From an uncultured Methanosarcinales archaeon (GTDB taxonomy: Archaea > Nanobdellota > Nanobdellia > Woesearchaeales > CAYPCY01), in the NCBI GenBank assembly GCA_964409385.1, contig CAYPCY010000001.1:41456-105455 (forward strand): a stretch of 64,000 nucleotides of DNA, in the 5' to 3' direction. This document shows, piece after piece, positions 8,230 through 16,018 of the stretch. How positions within the stretch are numbered: the first letter of the stretch is position 1; each line of letters begins with the position of its first letter. The notes below the pieces were generated by a model. It saw nothing but the letters and a program-made list of their open reading frames with translations, was not told the origin of the DNA and did not search any database. A program made the position numbers and the translations under genes.

Positions 8230-8670
8230 TTAATAGTGTTTTAGTAAATTCATTAATGCTGCACCTATTGATGCTGGGAATGCAAGTAAAAAACTACCTC
8301 CAAACAAATCAGGTGTAATTTGGAAAATGTATAAAATTGTAAAACAAACTAGTAAAGTTATTGAATATATTAATAGTACCTGTTCTATAAAATAAAATGT
8401 GAATCTTTTTTTTTGATATTTTTTTAATTTTGAGAATGAAAGAAAAACAGTGTGAAAAATAATTGCTATCGTCAATAGTAGTGCAAATATAAACTTTATT
8501 GTTGTTAATTCATTAACTGCTTGATTAAATCCTTGAGTTAATGAGGTTATTAAAGCAACTAATGTAGCACCTAGAAATACTCTGAATACATTCTCTGCAT
8601 CTAAAGTTTCATGTTTAAATTCGTATTCTAAACCTTTAATTTTTTTTTCTAGACTGTTTATGTGCTTCAT
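8230..8670 (-). CDS. Integral membrane protein (4 predicted TM segments)
   Basis: Hydrophobic segments. ORF only. Confidence 0.35.
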   Translation of the reverse strand: MKHINSLEKKIKGLEYEFKHETLDAENVFRVFLGATLVALITSLTQGFNQAVNELTTIKFIFALLLTIAIIFHTVFLSFSKLKKYQKKRFTFYFIEQVLLIYSITLLVCFTILYIFQITPDLFGGSFLLAFPASIGAALMNLLKHY

Positions 8671-8672
8671 GT

Positions 8673-8885
8673 TCAGTCTATAATTATGGTTTTATATTCT
8701 TCCTCTTTTTCTTCTTTTTTTTCTTGAGGTGTTTGAGATTCTTGGTTCATAAAATCCAAACCTCCCATGCTAAACTCATTAGATTGTGTTGGTGTTGGTT
8801 CATTTTCTAATAGGGTTTGTAAAAGCTCGATCGTCTTTCTTATCTCATTATGAGAATCAGAATTTGTGTCTATTGTTATTTTCAT
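8673..8885 (-). CDS. Hypothetical small acidic protein
   Basis: ORF only. The conserved GC-rich motif lies just upstream. Confidence 0.25.
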   Translation of the reverse strand: MKITIDTNSDSHNEIRKTIELLQTLLENEPTPTQSNEFSMGGLDFMNQESQTPQEKKEEKEEEYKTIIID

Positions 8886-8938
8886 AGCTTGTTTACTGTA
8901 TAATTAGTTTAATAACTTTTCGTTTTATAGTGTTTTTA

Positions 8939-8985
8939 GTGCGCTCGACCAAAGGGAGATACACATCCGTGGATACGGCGGAAAA
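8939..8985. other. Conserved GC-rich non-coding motif, copy 1: GTGCGCTCGACCAAAGGGAGATACACATCCGTGGATACGG. Possible small RNA or regulatory element.
   Basis: About 80% identical to a second copy at 28266-28313 (core GACCAAAGGGA.A.ACACAT.CG.TG.A.ACGG). Each core is followed by a short hairpin (CCGTggatACGG here, AACGGacgaagaCCGTT in copy 2). Both are GC-rich islands in AT-rich intergenic DNA. Confidence 0.5.
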
Positions 8986-8992
8986 TGTAGTG

Positions 8993-9064
8993 GACCCGGC
9001 CGGAGTCGAACCGGCGATCTTCGCCAAGTCAAGGCGACGTCATAGCCACTAGACCACGGGTCCT
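8993..9064 (-). tRNA. tRNA-Val (anticodon GAC), no encoded CCA
   Basis: Reverse complement GGACCCGTGGTCTAGTGGCTATGACGTCGCCTTGACTTGGCGAAGATCGCCGGTTCGACTCCGGCCGGGTCC folds as a cloverleaf: 7-bp acceptor, T-arm GCCGG/CCGGC with TTCGACT loop, anticodon stem TCGCC/GGCGA with loop TTGACTT. Position 37 is T, which is atypical. Confidence 0.7.
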
Positions 9065-10155
9065 TTAATATTAATTATTTGTTCCCACGAGAAGTTTTTA
9101 TTTCCGAAATGGCCATAAGTTGCTGTTTGCCTGAATATTGGTTGTTTCAGATTGAAGTATTTTATCATTTTTGCTGGTGTTAGTGGAAAGTTTTCTTTTA
9201 TTATTCTTATTAGTTCTTCTTCTGTTAATTCTGAAGTTCCAAAAGTATCTACAAATATACTTACTGGTTTTGAAACTCCTATTGCATAACTTAGTCCGAC
9301 TTCGCATTTCTTGCATAGGTTGTTTGCTACTAAGTTTTTTGCTATAAATCTTGTTGCGTAAGCTGCTGATCTGTCCACTTTTGATAAGTCTTTTCCTGAG
9401 AATGCTCCTCCTCCGTGTCTTCCCATTCCTCCATAAGTATCCACTATTATTTTTCTTCCTGTTAGTCCAGCATCTGCTTCTGGTCCTCCTTTAATGAAAC
9501 TTCCTGTTGGATTAATTAAAAATTTAGTATTCTCATCAAAGTATTCTTTACATACTGGTTTTATTACTTTCTCAATTATTTCTGTTTCTAATATTTTTTT
9601 ATTTACTTCTTCATGTTGGGTTGATACTACTATCGTATCTATTCTTTTTGGTTTAGTTCCTTCGTATTCTATTGTCACTTGTGATTTTCCATCTGGTTTT
9701 AAGAATGTTATTTCTTTATTCTTTCTTACTCTTGCTAATTGTTTTGTTAGTTTATGCGCTAAATCTATTGGTAGTGGCATTAATTCTTCTGTTTCGTCAC
9801 ATGCAAAGCCAAACATCATTCCTTGATCTCCCGCTCCTTGTTCTTTATCTTCTGTTTCTGTTACTCCTTGTGATATTTCTTGACTTTGTTTTGTTATATT
9901 AGTTAATACTTTTGGAGTGTATTCATACCCTATTTCTTTTAGAACTTGCCTTACTATCAGTTCTGGTTCTATAATTGCTTTTGTTGTTAATTCTCCTGCA
10001 ATTACTACTAAATCATTTTTTACTAGTGTTTCTATTGCTACTCTTGAATTTTCATCTTGTCTTAAGCATTCATCAAGAATTGCGTCTGAAATTTGATCGC
10101 ATACCTTGTCTGGATGGCCTTCTGTTACACTCTCACTAGTAAATAATCTTTTCAT
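9049..10155 (-). CDS. metK: S-adenosylmethionine synthetase, bacterial/eukaryotic-type MAT
   Basis: [33 protein letters not shown] and [10 protein letters not shown] signatures. The last 5 codons overlap the 5' end of the tRNA-Val gene. Confidence 0.9.
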   Translation of the reverse strand: MKRLFTSESVTEGHPDKVCDQISDAILDECLRQDENSRVAIETLVKNDLVVIAGELTTKAIIEPELIVRQVLKEIGYEYTPKVLTNITKQSQEISQGVTETEDKEQGAGDQGMMFGFACDETEELMPLPIDLAHKLTKQLARVRKNKEITFLKPDGKSQVTIEYEGTKPKRIDTIVVSTQHEEVNKKILETEIIEKVIKPVCKEYFDENTKFLINPTGSFIKGGPEADAGLTGRKIIVDTYGGMGRHGGGAFSGKDLSKVDRSAAYATRFIAKNLVANNLCKKCEVGLSYAIGVSKPVSIFVDTFGTSELTEEELIRIIKENFPLTPAKMIKYFNLKQPIFRQTATYGHFGNKNFSWEQIINIKGPVV

Positions 10156-10196
10156 GAGAATTTACAATTAGGAATTGTTTAAAAAACTAACTAAAA

Positions 10197-11465
10197 CTAT
10201 TTCTTTACTATTATTTCAATATTTATAACTTGTTTTATTTCTTTTGTTAAATTATTCTTTAATTTTTCTATATTAATTTTTTCTAATTCTAGAGTTAAAT
10301 TTTCAATATCATTTTTTGTCGAGTTAAGTTTATCTTTCTTTTGTTTAATGGATTTTTCTTGTTCCTCAACTTTTTTAATTATTGTCATTTTTTCTTGTTC
10401 TAGACTATGGATATTTATTTCGGTTGTCAATTTTTTATGTTTCCTTGTAAAATTTTTGAAGTAAGTTCTATCGAGTTTAGTTAGTTTTTGTAAGATTTTA
10501 TTTTTTTTCTTGTCTTTTAATTCTATTCTTCCATCTACAATAAGATTGTTCATCTTGGCAAGCAATTTAACTATTTTTAATTCTTTATCTAATAACAATA
10601 TTTGTAATGGATTTTTTAAATAACTTCTCACCAGTTTTTGTTCTAGTGTGATTCTTTCATATTTTTTTAATGCACGTACTATCACAGAAAAGTTTTGTAA
10701 GATTTCTTTTTCTAAGTTTTCTAATTCTTTAATTACTAGTTTTTTTTTATTAATTAGATTGATAAATTGTTTATGAGACTTTCCTTCTTCAAGATCTTTT
10801 AAGTTGGTCTCTTCATTCTTTATAATTTTGTTTTCCTCTTCATTCTTTTCTTTTGTTAGTTTTATTTTTTCTTTAAGTTCTTTTTTAAAGTTTATTTTCT
10901 GTTGTATTTTCTCTAGATTTTTTTTTAATTCATCTGCTTTTAATATTTTTGATTCTTCAATTGTTTCTTTTGCCTTTTTGATTAACTTAATGAGTTCTTT
11001 GATATTATCATCTACATTTCTTAATTCTAGTATGAAAAATTCATTTAATATTTGGTGGTTTCTTATTGTGTTTTTACCAAAATCATTTAATAATGTATCA
11101 AAAGAATTACAAAACTCTAACAATTTGTTAAAATTTTCAGATAAAACTATTGTTTCTAAGAACCTTTCAATTCTTTTTACATATATTTCTCGGTTACCTT
11201 TCATTATCTGCTTTGCTCTCTCAGGCGTGTTAGGATTTACTTCTGCTTTCAACAATTTTTGACTATTCTCGTATGCGTTATTTTTTTCTTTATCTATGAG
11301 CATTTTTATCTCTGCTAATTTCAGAGTTGTATTAGTAAACATTGTTTTTGACCAAGAATTGATGTACTCTTTTACTTCTAATAGTGTGAGTTCTTTCACT
11401 TCTTCATTCTTCTTAGAAAACTGTTTTAAAAAATTTAAAAATCTCATTTTTTTTGTTAATCTCAT
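10197..11465 (-). CDS. Lys/Glu-rich coiled-coil protein, function unknown
   Basis: Heptad-like K/E/L-rich composition across ~400 aa. Confidence 0.35.
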   Translation of the reverse strand: MRLTKKMRFLNFLKQFSKKNEEVKELTLLEVKEYINSWSKTMFTNTTLKLAEIKMLIDKEKNNAYENSQKLLKAEVNPNTPERAKQIMKGNREIYVKRIERFLETIVLSENFNKLLEFCNSFDTLLNDFGKNTIRNHQILNEFFILELRNVDDNIKELIKLIKKAKETIEESKILKADELKKNLEKIQQKINFKKELKEKIKLTKEKNEEENKIIKNEETNLKDLEEGKSHKQFINLINKKKLVIKELENLEKEILQNFSVIVRALKKYERITLEQKLVRSYLKNPLQILLLDKELKIVKLLAKMNNLIVDGRIELKDKKKNKILQKLTKLDRTYFKNFTRKHKKLTTEINIHSLEQEKMTIIKKVEEQEKSIKQKKDKLNSTKNDIENLTLELEKINIEKLKNNLTKEIKQVINIEIIVKK

Positions 11466-11489
11466 TTTTTATAATTATAATATTAAAAA

Positions 11490-12512
11490 CTAACTATTTA
11501 TTTTTAGTTCTTTCAGTGTTTCCTTAAAGTGTTCTGCATTTATTGTTTTTTTGAACTTCATATGTTTGAAGAAGTGTTTGTAAGTATTATCATAATGTTC
11601 TTTTAGTATTAATTCCCAGAATTTGTCTGGTTTGTTTTCTTTAATGTATTCTATTAATTGATTCATTATCTTTTTTGATAAGTATTTGTTTAATGTTTCT
11701 GTTTGTTTAATGTATTCATAAACATATTTTTTCATTGATGGGTATTCTTTTGTTAAGTGTTTTGCTCTTTGTTTTATTGGCGCTTCTAGTAGTATTCTTT
11801 CTGCTCTGCACATTGCCTTCCATAATGGACTTGGTATTTCTAGACTTCCTACCTTTCTTGATTCGCATTCTATGAATACTTGTTTGTTATTTTTTACTCT
11901 TTCTATATTTTCGTATAGATTAAACAAGAATTGTTTTTGGGTATTTGGTTCATGATCTAATGCTCCGTATGTTGATGATGAGTGATTTGCGCATTTTTCT
12001 AGGTCTATAGATGATAGTTTTTCTAAATATTTTGTTTTTCCTACTCCTGCAAGGCCTGCTATCATTATTAATTTTGGGTAGTTATAATTCTCAAACTTGT
12101 ATTTTATGAAATTTCTGTATGCTTTCATTCCTCCTTTTAGTTGGAATACTTTCAATCCTATTTCTTGGAATAGCATTGTTACTGTTTTTGATCTTAATCC
12201 TCCTCTTGAACAGTATATTAGTATTTCTCCTTCTAGTTTTTTTGCTTTTTTTAGTATTTCATCTAAATTTTTGTAGATATAATTAAATCCTAAATCATAG
12301 GCTACTTCTGGTGATACTTGTGTGTATAAATATCCTACTTCATGATGTTCTTTACTGTGGATTAATGGTATTGATAGTGAGTTTGGAATATGATGATTTT
12401 CGTATTCTTTTTCTGATCTTACATCTATTATTGTTTGTTTTTTTATTTGTTCGCAATTTTTTGTTTTTGGCTTGAACTTTTTAACTTTTAAGTATATTTC
12501 TTTTCCTTTCAT
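11490..12512 (-). CDS. selU: tRNA 2-selenouridine/geranyl-2-thiouridine synthase-like protein (SelU/MnmH family: rhodanese plus P-loop)
   Basis: Rhodanese active-site loop CSRGGLRS followed by Walker A GLAGVGKT. The size (340 aa) and domain order match MnmH/SelU. Confidence 0.55.
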   Translation of the reverse strand: MKGKEIYLKVKKFKPKTKNCEQIKKQTIIDVRSEKEYENHHIPNSLSIPLIHSKEHHEVGYLYTQVSPEVAYDLGFNYIYKNLDEILKKAKKLEGEILIYCSRGGLRSKTVTMLFQEIGLKVFQLKGGMKAYRNFIKYKFENYNYPKLIMIAGLAGVGKTKYLEKLSSIDLEKCANHSSSTYGALDHEPNTQKQFLFNLYENIERVKNNKQVFIECESRKVGSLEIPSPLWKAMCRAERILLEAPIKQRAKHLTKEYPSMKKYVYEYIKQTETLNKYLSKKIMNQLIEYIKENKPDKFWELILKEHYDNTYKHFFKHMKFKKTINAEHFKETLKELKINS

Positions 12513-13456
12513 TTTTTTGTTATTTTACAGACGAAGAATCCTTCACTGTCATTATCTTGTGGATTTATTCTTAATGCATTTTCTAATTCTTTTCTTATTT
12601 CTAGATTTTCAAATTCTAATATTGGTTTTGTTCTTTTGATGTTTAATTTTATTGGTTGTATTTTTGCTTCTGGGAATTCATTTAGTAATCTTGAGATAAC
12701 TGCTTCGTTCTCTTCTGGTTCTAGAGTGCATGTGCTGTATACTAGCGTTCCTTTTTTTTTTAATGCTTGAAATCCTGCTTTTAGTAGTGAATATTGTTGT
12801 TTTGCTATTTGTTTTACTAGGTTCTGACTCCACATTTCTAGTACTTTGAATGATTTTCTTATTGTTCCTGTTCCTGAACATGGAGCATCTACTAGTATTT
12901 TGTCGAATTGTTTTGTTCTAAATCTTGTTCCTGATGCTTGTGTTTCTATCGTGTTTTTTACTCCCATTCTTTGCAGGTTTATTCCTAATGCTTTCAGTCT
13001 TGATCCTTGCAGATCGTTCGCTATTAGTATTCCTTTGTTTTTCATGTATTGTGCTATTTGTGTTGTTTTTGATCCTGGCGCTGCACACATGTCTAATATT
13101 TTATCTTTTGGTTTTGGATCTAAGACTATTGCTGGTAGCATTGATGCTGATTCTTGTACATAAAAGTATCCTAGTGAGTGTTCTTTTAAATTTCCTATGT
13201 CGTAACTTTTTCCTTCTTTCGGGGTTATTTTGAAGCTTTCTTTACTCCAGGGTATTGGTGTTAGATTCCAGTTATTTTCTAGTTTTGTTTTTAGTTCTTT
13301 TACTGTTATTTTTAGTGTGTTTATTCTTATACATTTTGTTAAATAGGTGAATGAACAATCTATGAATTCTTTGTATTCTTTTCCTAATATTTTCTTGTAT
13401 TTTTCTTCAAATTTTGGTTTTAGTTCTATTTTTTTTGATGATGGTATTTTATCCAT
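12509..13456 (-). CDS. NOL1/NOP2/Sun-family RNA cytosine-C5 methyltransferase
   Basis: DMCAAPGSKT (SAM motif I), DAPCSGTG and YSTCT catalytic cysteine motifs. Confidence 0.85.
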   Translation of the reverse strand: MDKIPSSKKIELKPKFEEKYKKILGKEYKEFIDCSFTYLTKCIRINTLKITVKELKTKLENNWNLTPIPWSKESFKITPKEGKSYDIGNLKEHSLGYFYVQESASMLPAIVLDPKPKDKILDMCAAPGSKTTQIAQYMKNKGILIANDLQGSRLKALGINLQRMGVKNTIETQASGTRFRTKQFDKILVDAPCSGTGTIRKSFKVLEMWSQNLVKQIAKQQYSLLKAGFQALKKKGTLVYSTCTLEPEENEAVISRLLNEFPEAKIQPIKLNIKRTKPILEFENLEIRKELENALRINPQDNDSEGFFVCKITKK

Positions 13457-13534
13457 TTTCTTTAAGAATTTGTTTTCTTTTATAAAATTAAAGCATTAAG
13501 TTTGTCATTAGATAGTAATAACATAGTAGAAAAC

Positions 13535-13542
13535 TTTATAAA
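13535..13542 (+). promoter_or_regulatory. TATA box (TTTATAAA), ~23 nt upstream of ATG 13564, implying a leaderless mRNA
   Basis: Archaeal TATA consensus. The spacing fits a leaderless transcript. Confidence 0.3.
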
Positions 13543-13563
13543 CAGATGATTTTTCATAGTATT

Positions 13564-13917
13564 ATGGAAAACCAAAAACAACTTATGAGAACAGGATTTA
13601 TCAATAAAGATTCTTCTTTTTTAAAAACTGTTTTAGAAGATAAAATTCTAAATGAGTATAAGATTAAATGGAATAAAGATAAAGGTCAATTTTGTAGAGA
13701 TACCTTTGATAGTTTATATTCACAAACACTAAATCAATTAAATGATGCAGGTCTTAATGATTATAAAACTAGAAATCTTGGAAATCATAAAATAATTAAT
13801 GTTCCTAATAAAGGAGTTTATGAAATTAATTATCTTATTGATAATGATCATAATTTTTTAATTACTGAATTTTGTGATAAAGAACTTTACAAGTTAATTT
13901 CTGAAAAACTTAATTAG
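13564..13917 (+). CDS. Hypothetical protein (track start 13546; ATG 13564 is preferred because of the TATA spacing)
   Basis: ORF only. Confidence 0.3.
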   Translation: MENQKQLMRTGFINKDSSFLKTVLEDKILNEYKIKWNKDKGQFCRDTFDSLYSQTLNQLNDAGLNDYKTRNLGNHKIINVPNKGVYEINYLIDNDHNFLITEFCDKELYKLISEKLN

Positions 13918-13964
13918 TATTCTTTTTAGAAATAATTAAATAGTATTCTTATCTAAAAATTATT

Positions 13965-14261
13965 ATGTTTAAGAAAGGAGCTAGTATTTCATTCAATACA
14001 ATAACCCTTGCAATTGTTGGTATTATTGTCCTTTTAGTTATAATTACTGTCTTTACTGGTAAGAGTAATTTAATTTCTAAAGATTTGAGTGCTTGCGAAT
14101 CTAAAGGGGGAGTTTGTCAAGGTAGTTGTGCCGATTCTTTTCAAACAGCTACTGATTTTGTTTGTACGGAACAGGAGTTAACTTGTTGTATTAATGTTTA
14201 CGATAAGCCTGTGGAAGATGCTAATGTTGATGTGGTTGATTCTTGGAGTAGTTTAATATGA
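13965..14261 (+). CDS. Small pilin-like protein with a class III (type IV prepilin-like) signal peptide and a Cys-rich C-terminus
   Basis: MFKKGASISFNTITLAIVGIIVLLVIITVF is a KKGA/S-type prepilin signal. Six Cys in the C-terminal half. Overlaps the next gene by 4 nt. Confidence 0.45.
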   Translation: MFKKGASISFNTITLAIVGIIVLLVIITVFTGKSNLISKDLSACESKGGVCQGSCADSFQTATDFVCTEQELTCCINVYDKPVEDANVDVVDSWSSLI

Positions 14262-16018
14262 GAAGAATAAACTTAATTTTAATGTTTGTATTGTTCCTTT
14301 CTAGTTTAGTTTCTGCTCAAGATTATGTTTATCTTTCTCTGAATGGAAATAGTATTTCTGGACAAAATAGTTTAGATTTGGAAGTTGGATCTTCTTATAA
14401 TTTCGAAGCTTCTGGAAGTTCTAATATTGCTAAAGTAAAAATGTACATTTCAGGAACTAATTTGCAGGAAGAAGGATTAACTGCAGATTTTGTTTTTTCT
14501 CCTGAAAGTCCTAACCAGCACGATTTAGTTATTATTGGTTATGACTCTGATGATTATGCCGTTGCTTCTTCAACTTTAACCTTAGTAGTTGGTGGTTGTC
14601 AGGAAGAGTGGGAGTGTTTTGAATGGAGTAGTTGTATTAGTAATTCTCAAACTAGAACTTGTGTTGATAATAATTTTTGTGGAACTAATTATGATGAACC
14701 AGTTCAGGAACAATATTGTGAACCAGACATTCCTGGTTGTACTGATTACTATTCTAATAATTATGATGATTCTGCTACTATTAATGATGGTAGTTGTGAG
14801 TATGATATTTATGGTTGTATGGATATTGAAGCTTTGAATTATGATCCTAATGTTAATATTAATGATTCTAGCTGTGAGTATGAAGAAGAACTTGCTGATG
14901 ACGAATGCAGTTCAGAATTTGATGTTTCTATCTCTGGAGATCCTTGGGTTTACAAATGTTTTTCTTCAAGTACTGCTCAAGGTTGTAAGGATGGTGTTGT
15001 TGGTAATGTTTTTAATATTCCTTCAAATCATGCATTACTTTCTAGATGTCAAGAACAAAATATTGATTTTGAAGGGTATGTTATTCCTGACACATGTTTG
15101 GGACAGAGTGATAGTTTTAATTACTTGAAAGACTGTACCAATCCAAGACTTAATGCTATTAGATTAATGATTATTGAAGAAGCAGAAAAAGAAAATATTG
15201 ATCCTTTATTTGCCCAGGCTGTTGCTTGTGTTGAAACTAAAATATCACATTTACAATCAAATGGTGAAATTCAAGCTAGTGGAACTGGCTCATTAGGTAT
15301 TTTTCAAGTGACAGAAACAACTGCAAGATCTATAGAAAATGATTGTTATAATGAGATTCCTAACTTTGATATTTATGATGAATATGACAATATTGTTTGT
15401 GGTTTGAAAATTATGAATGGAAAAGATGGTTATTTTGATGATGCTAGTGAATATTTGCAAAAAGTTCCTAATAATTGTCCTGAAAGCGAATATCCTGAGT
15501 ATTATGAATTATACTCTACTTATTCAACTAATAAGTGGAATAGGATTGCTAGAGCTTATAATTCCATGTCCTGTAGAACTGGGTCTGGAGCAGATATTTG
15601 TTATGTTGAGAAGGTATTGTATGCTATGAATATTCTTGAAGATTCTTCTTCTGATCTTTCTAAATGTTCGGGCATTATCGATTGTATTGGTAAAGAGGAT
15701 GTTATGAAATTTACATTCAAGGATGATGGTTTTTTTGGTATTGGAAGTAGAGAGTTTGATGTTTTTGCCGGGGTTGTTGATTCTTTCTCAGTATTATCTG
15801 ATGATGATTTCGAGGGTTTAGATGATAATGATATTATTGTTTTGTACAGTTCTGAAGAAAATCGTGTTGCTTTTATTCCTAGTGATAATGAGGGCGAGGA
15901 GGAGTTACTTACTGCTTCTTTAAACAGTTTGTCTAGCCAGTTTTCTTATGATCCTTATGGTGCAATGTATAAGTTCTTGGGAGAAGTAGAGTATACTACT
16001 GATACTTTTATTGGTTGA
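14258..16018 (+). CDS. Secreted Cys-rich protein with GC(T/M)D..NYD..DDGSCEY repeats and a lytic transglycosylase (SLT)-like domain
   Basis: Signal peptide MRRINLILMFVLFLSSLVSA. Repeats CTDYYSNNYDDSATINDGSCEY and GCMDIEALNYDPNVNINDSSCEY. SLT-like core AQAVACVETKISH...ASGTGSLGIFQVTETTA resembles the transglycosylase block ES...GA.GLMQ..P.TA. Confidence 0.5.
   Translation: MRRINLILMFVLFLSSLVSAQDYVYLSLNGNSISGQNSLDLEVGSSYNFEASGSSNIAKVKMYISGTNLQEEGLTADFVFSPESPNQHDLVIIGYDSDDYAVASSTLTLVVGGCQEEWECFEWSSCISNSQTRTCVDNNFCGTNYDEPVQEQYCEPDIPGCTDYYSNNYDDSATINDGSCEYDIYGCMDIEALNYDPNVNINDSSCEYEEELADDECSSEFDVSISGDPWVYKCFSSSTAQGCKDGVVGNVFNIPSNHALLSRCQEQNIDFEGYVIPDTCLGQSDSFNYLKDCTNPRLNAIRLMIIEEAEKENIDPLFAQAVACVETKISHLQSNGEIQASGTGSLGIFQVTETTARSIENDCYNEIPNFDIYDEYDNIVCGLKIMNGKDGYFDDASEYLQKVPNNCPESEYPEYYELYSTYSTNKWNRIARAYNSMSCRTGSGADICYVEKVLYAMNILEDSSSDLSKCSGIIDCIGKEDVMKFTFKDDGFFGIGSREFDVFAGVVDSFSVLSDDDFEGLDDNDIIVLYSSEENRVAFIPSDNEGEEELLTASLNSLSSQFSYDPYGAMYKFLGEVEYTTDTFIG

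Noticed and set aside
8937-9066. Possibility that the conserved GC-rich motif is part of the tRNA (intron or split-tRNA half)
   Set aside because: The tRNA-Val cloverleaf is complete without it, and the second motif copy follows a protein gene rather than a tRNA. The element is therefore treated as independent.
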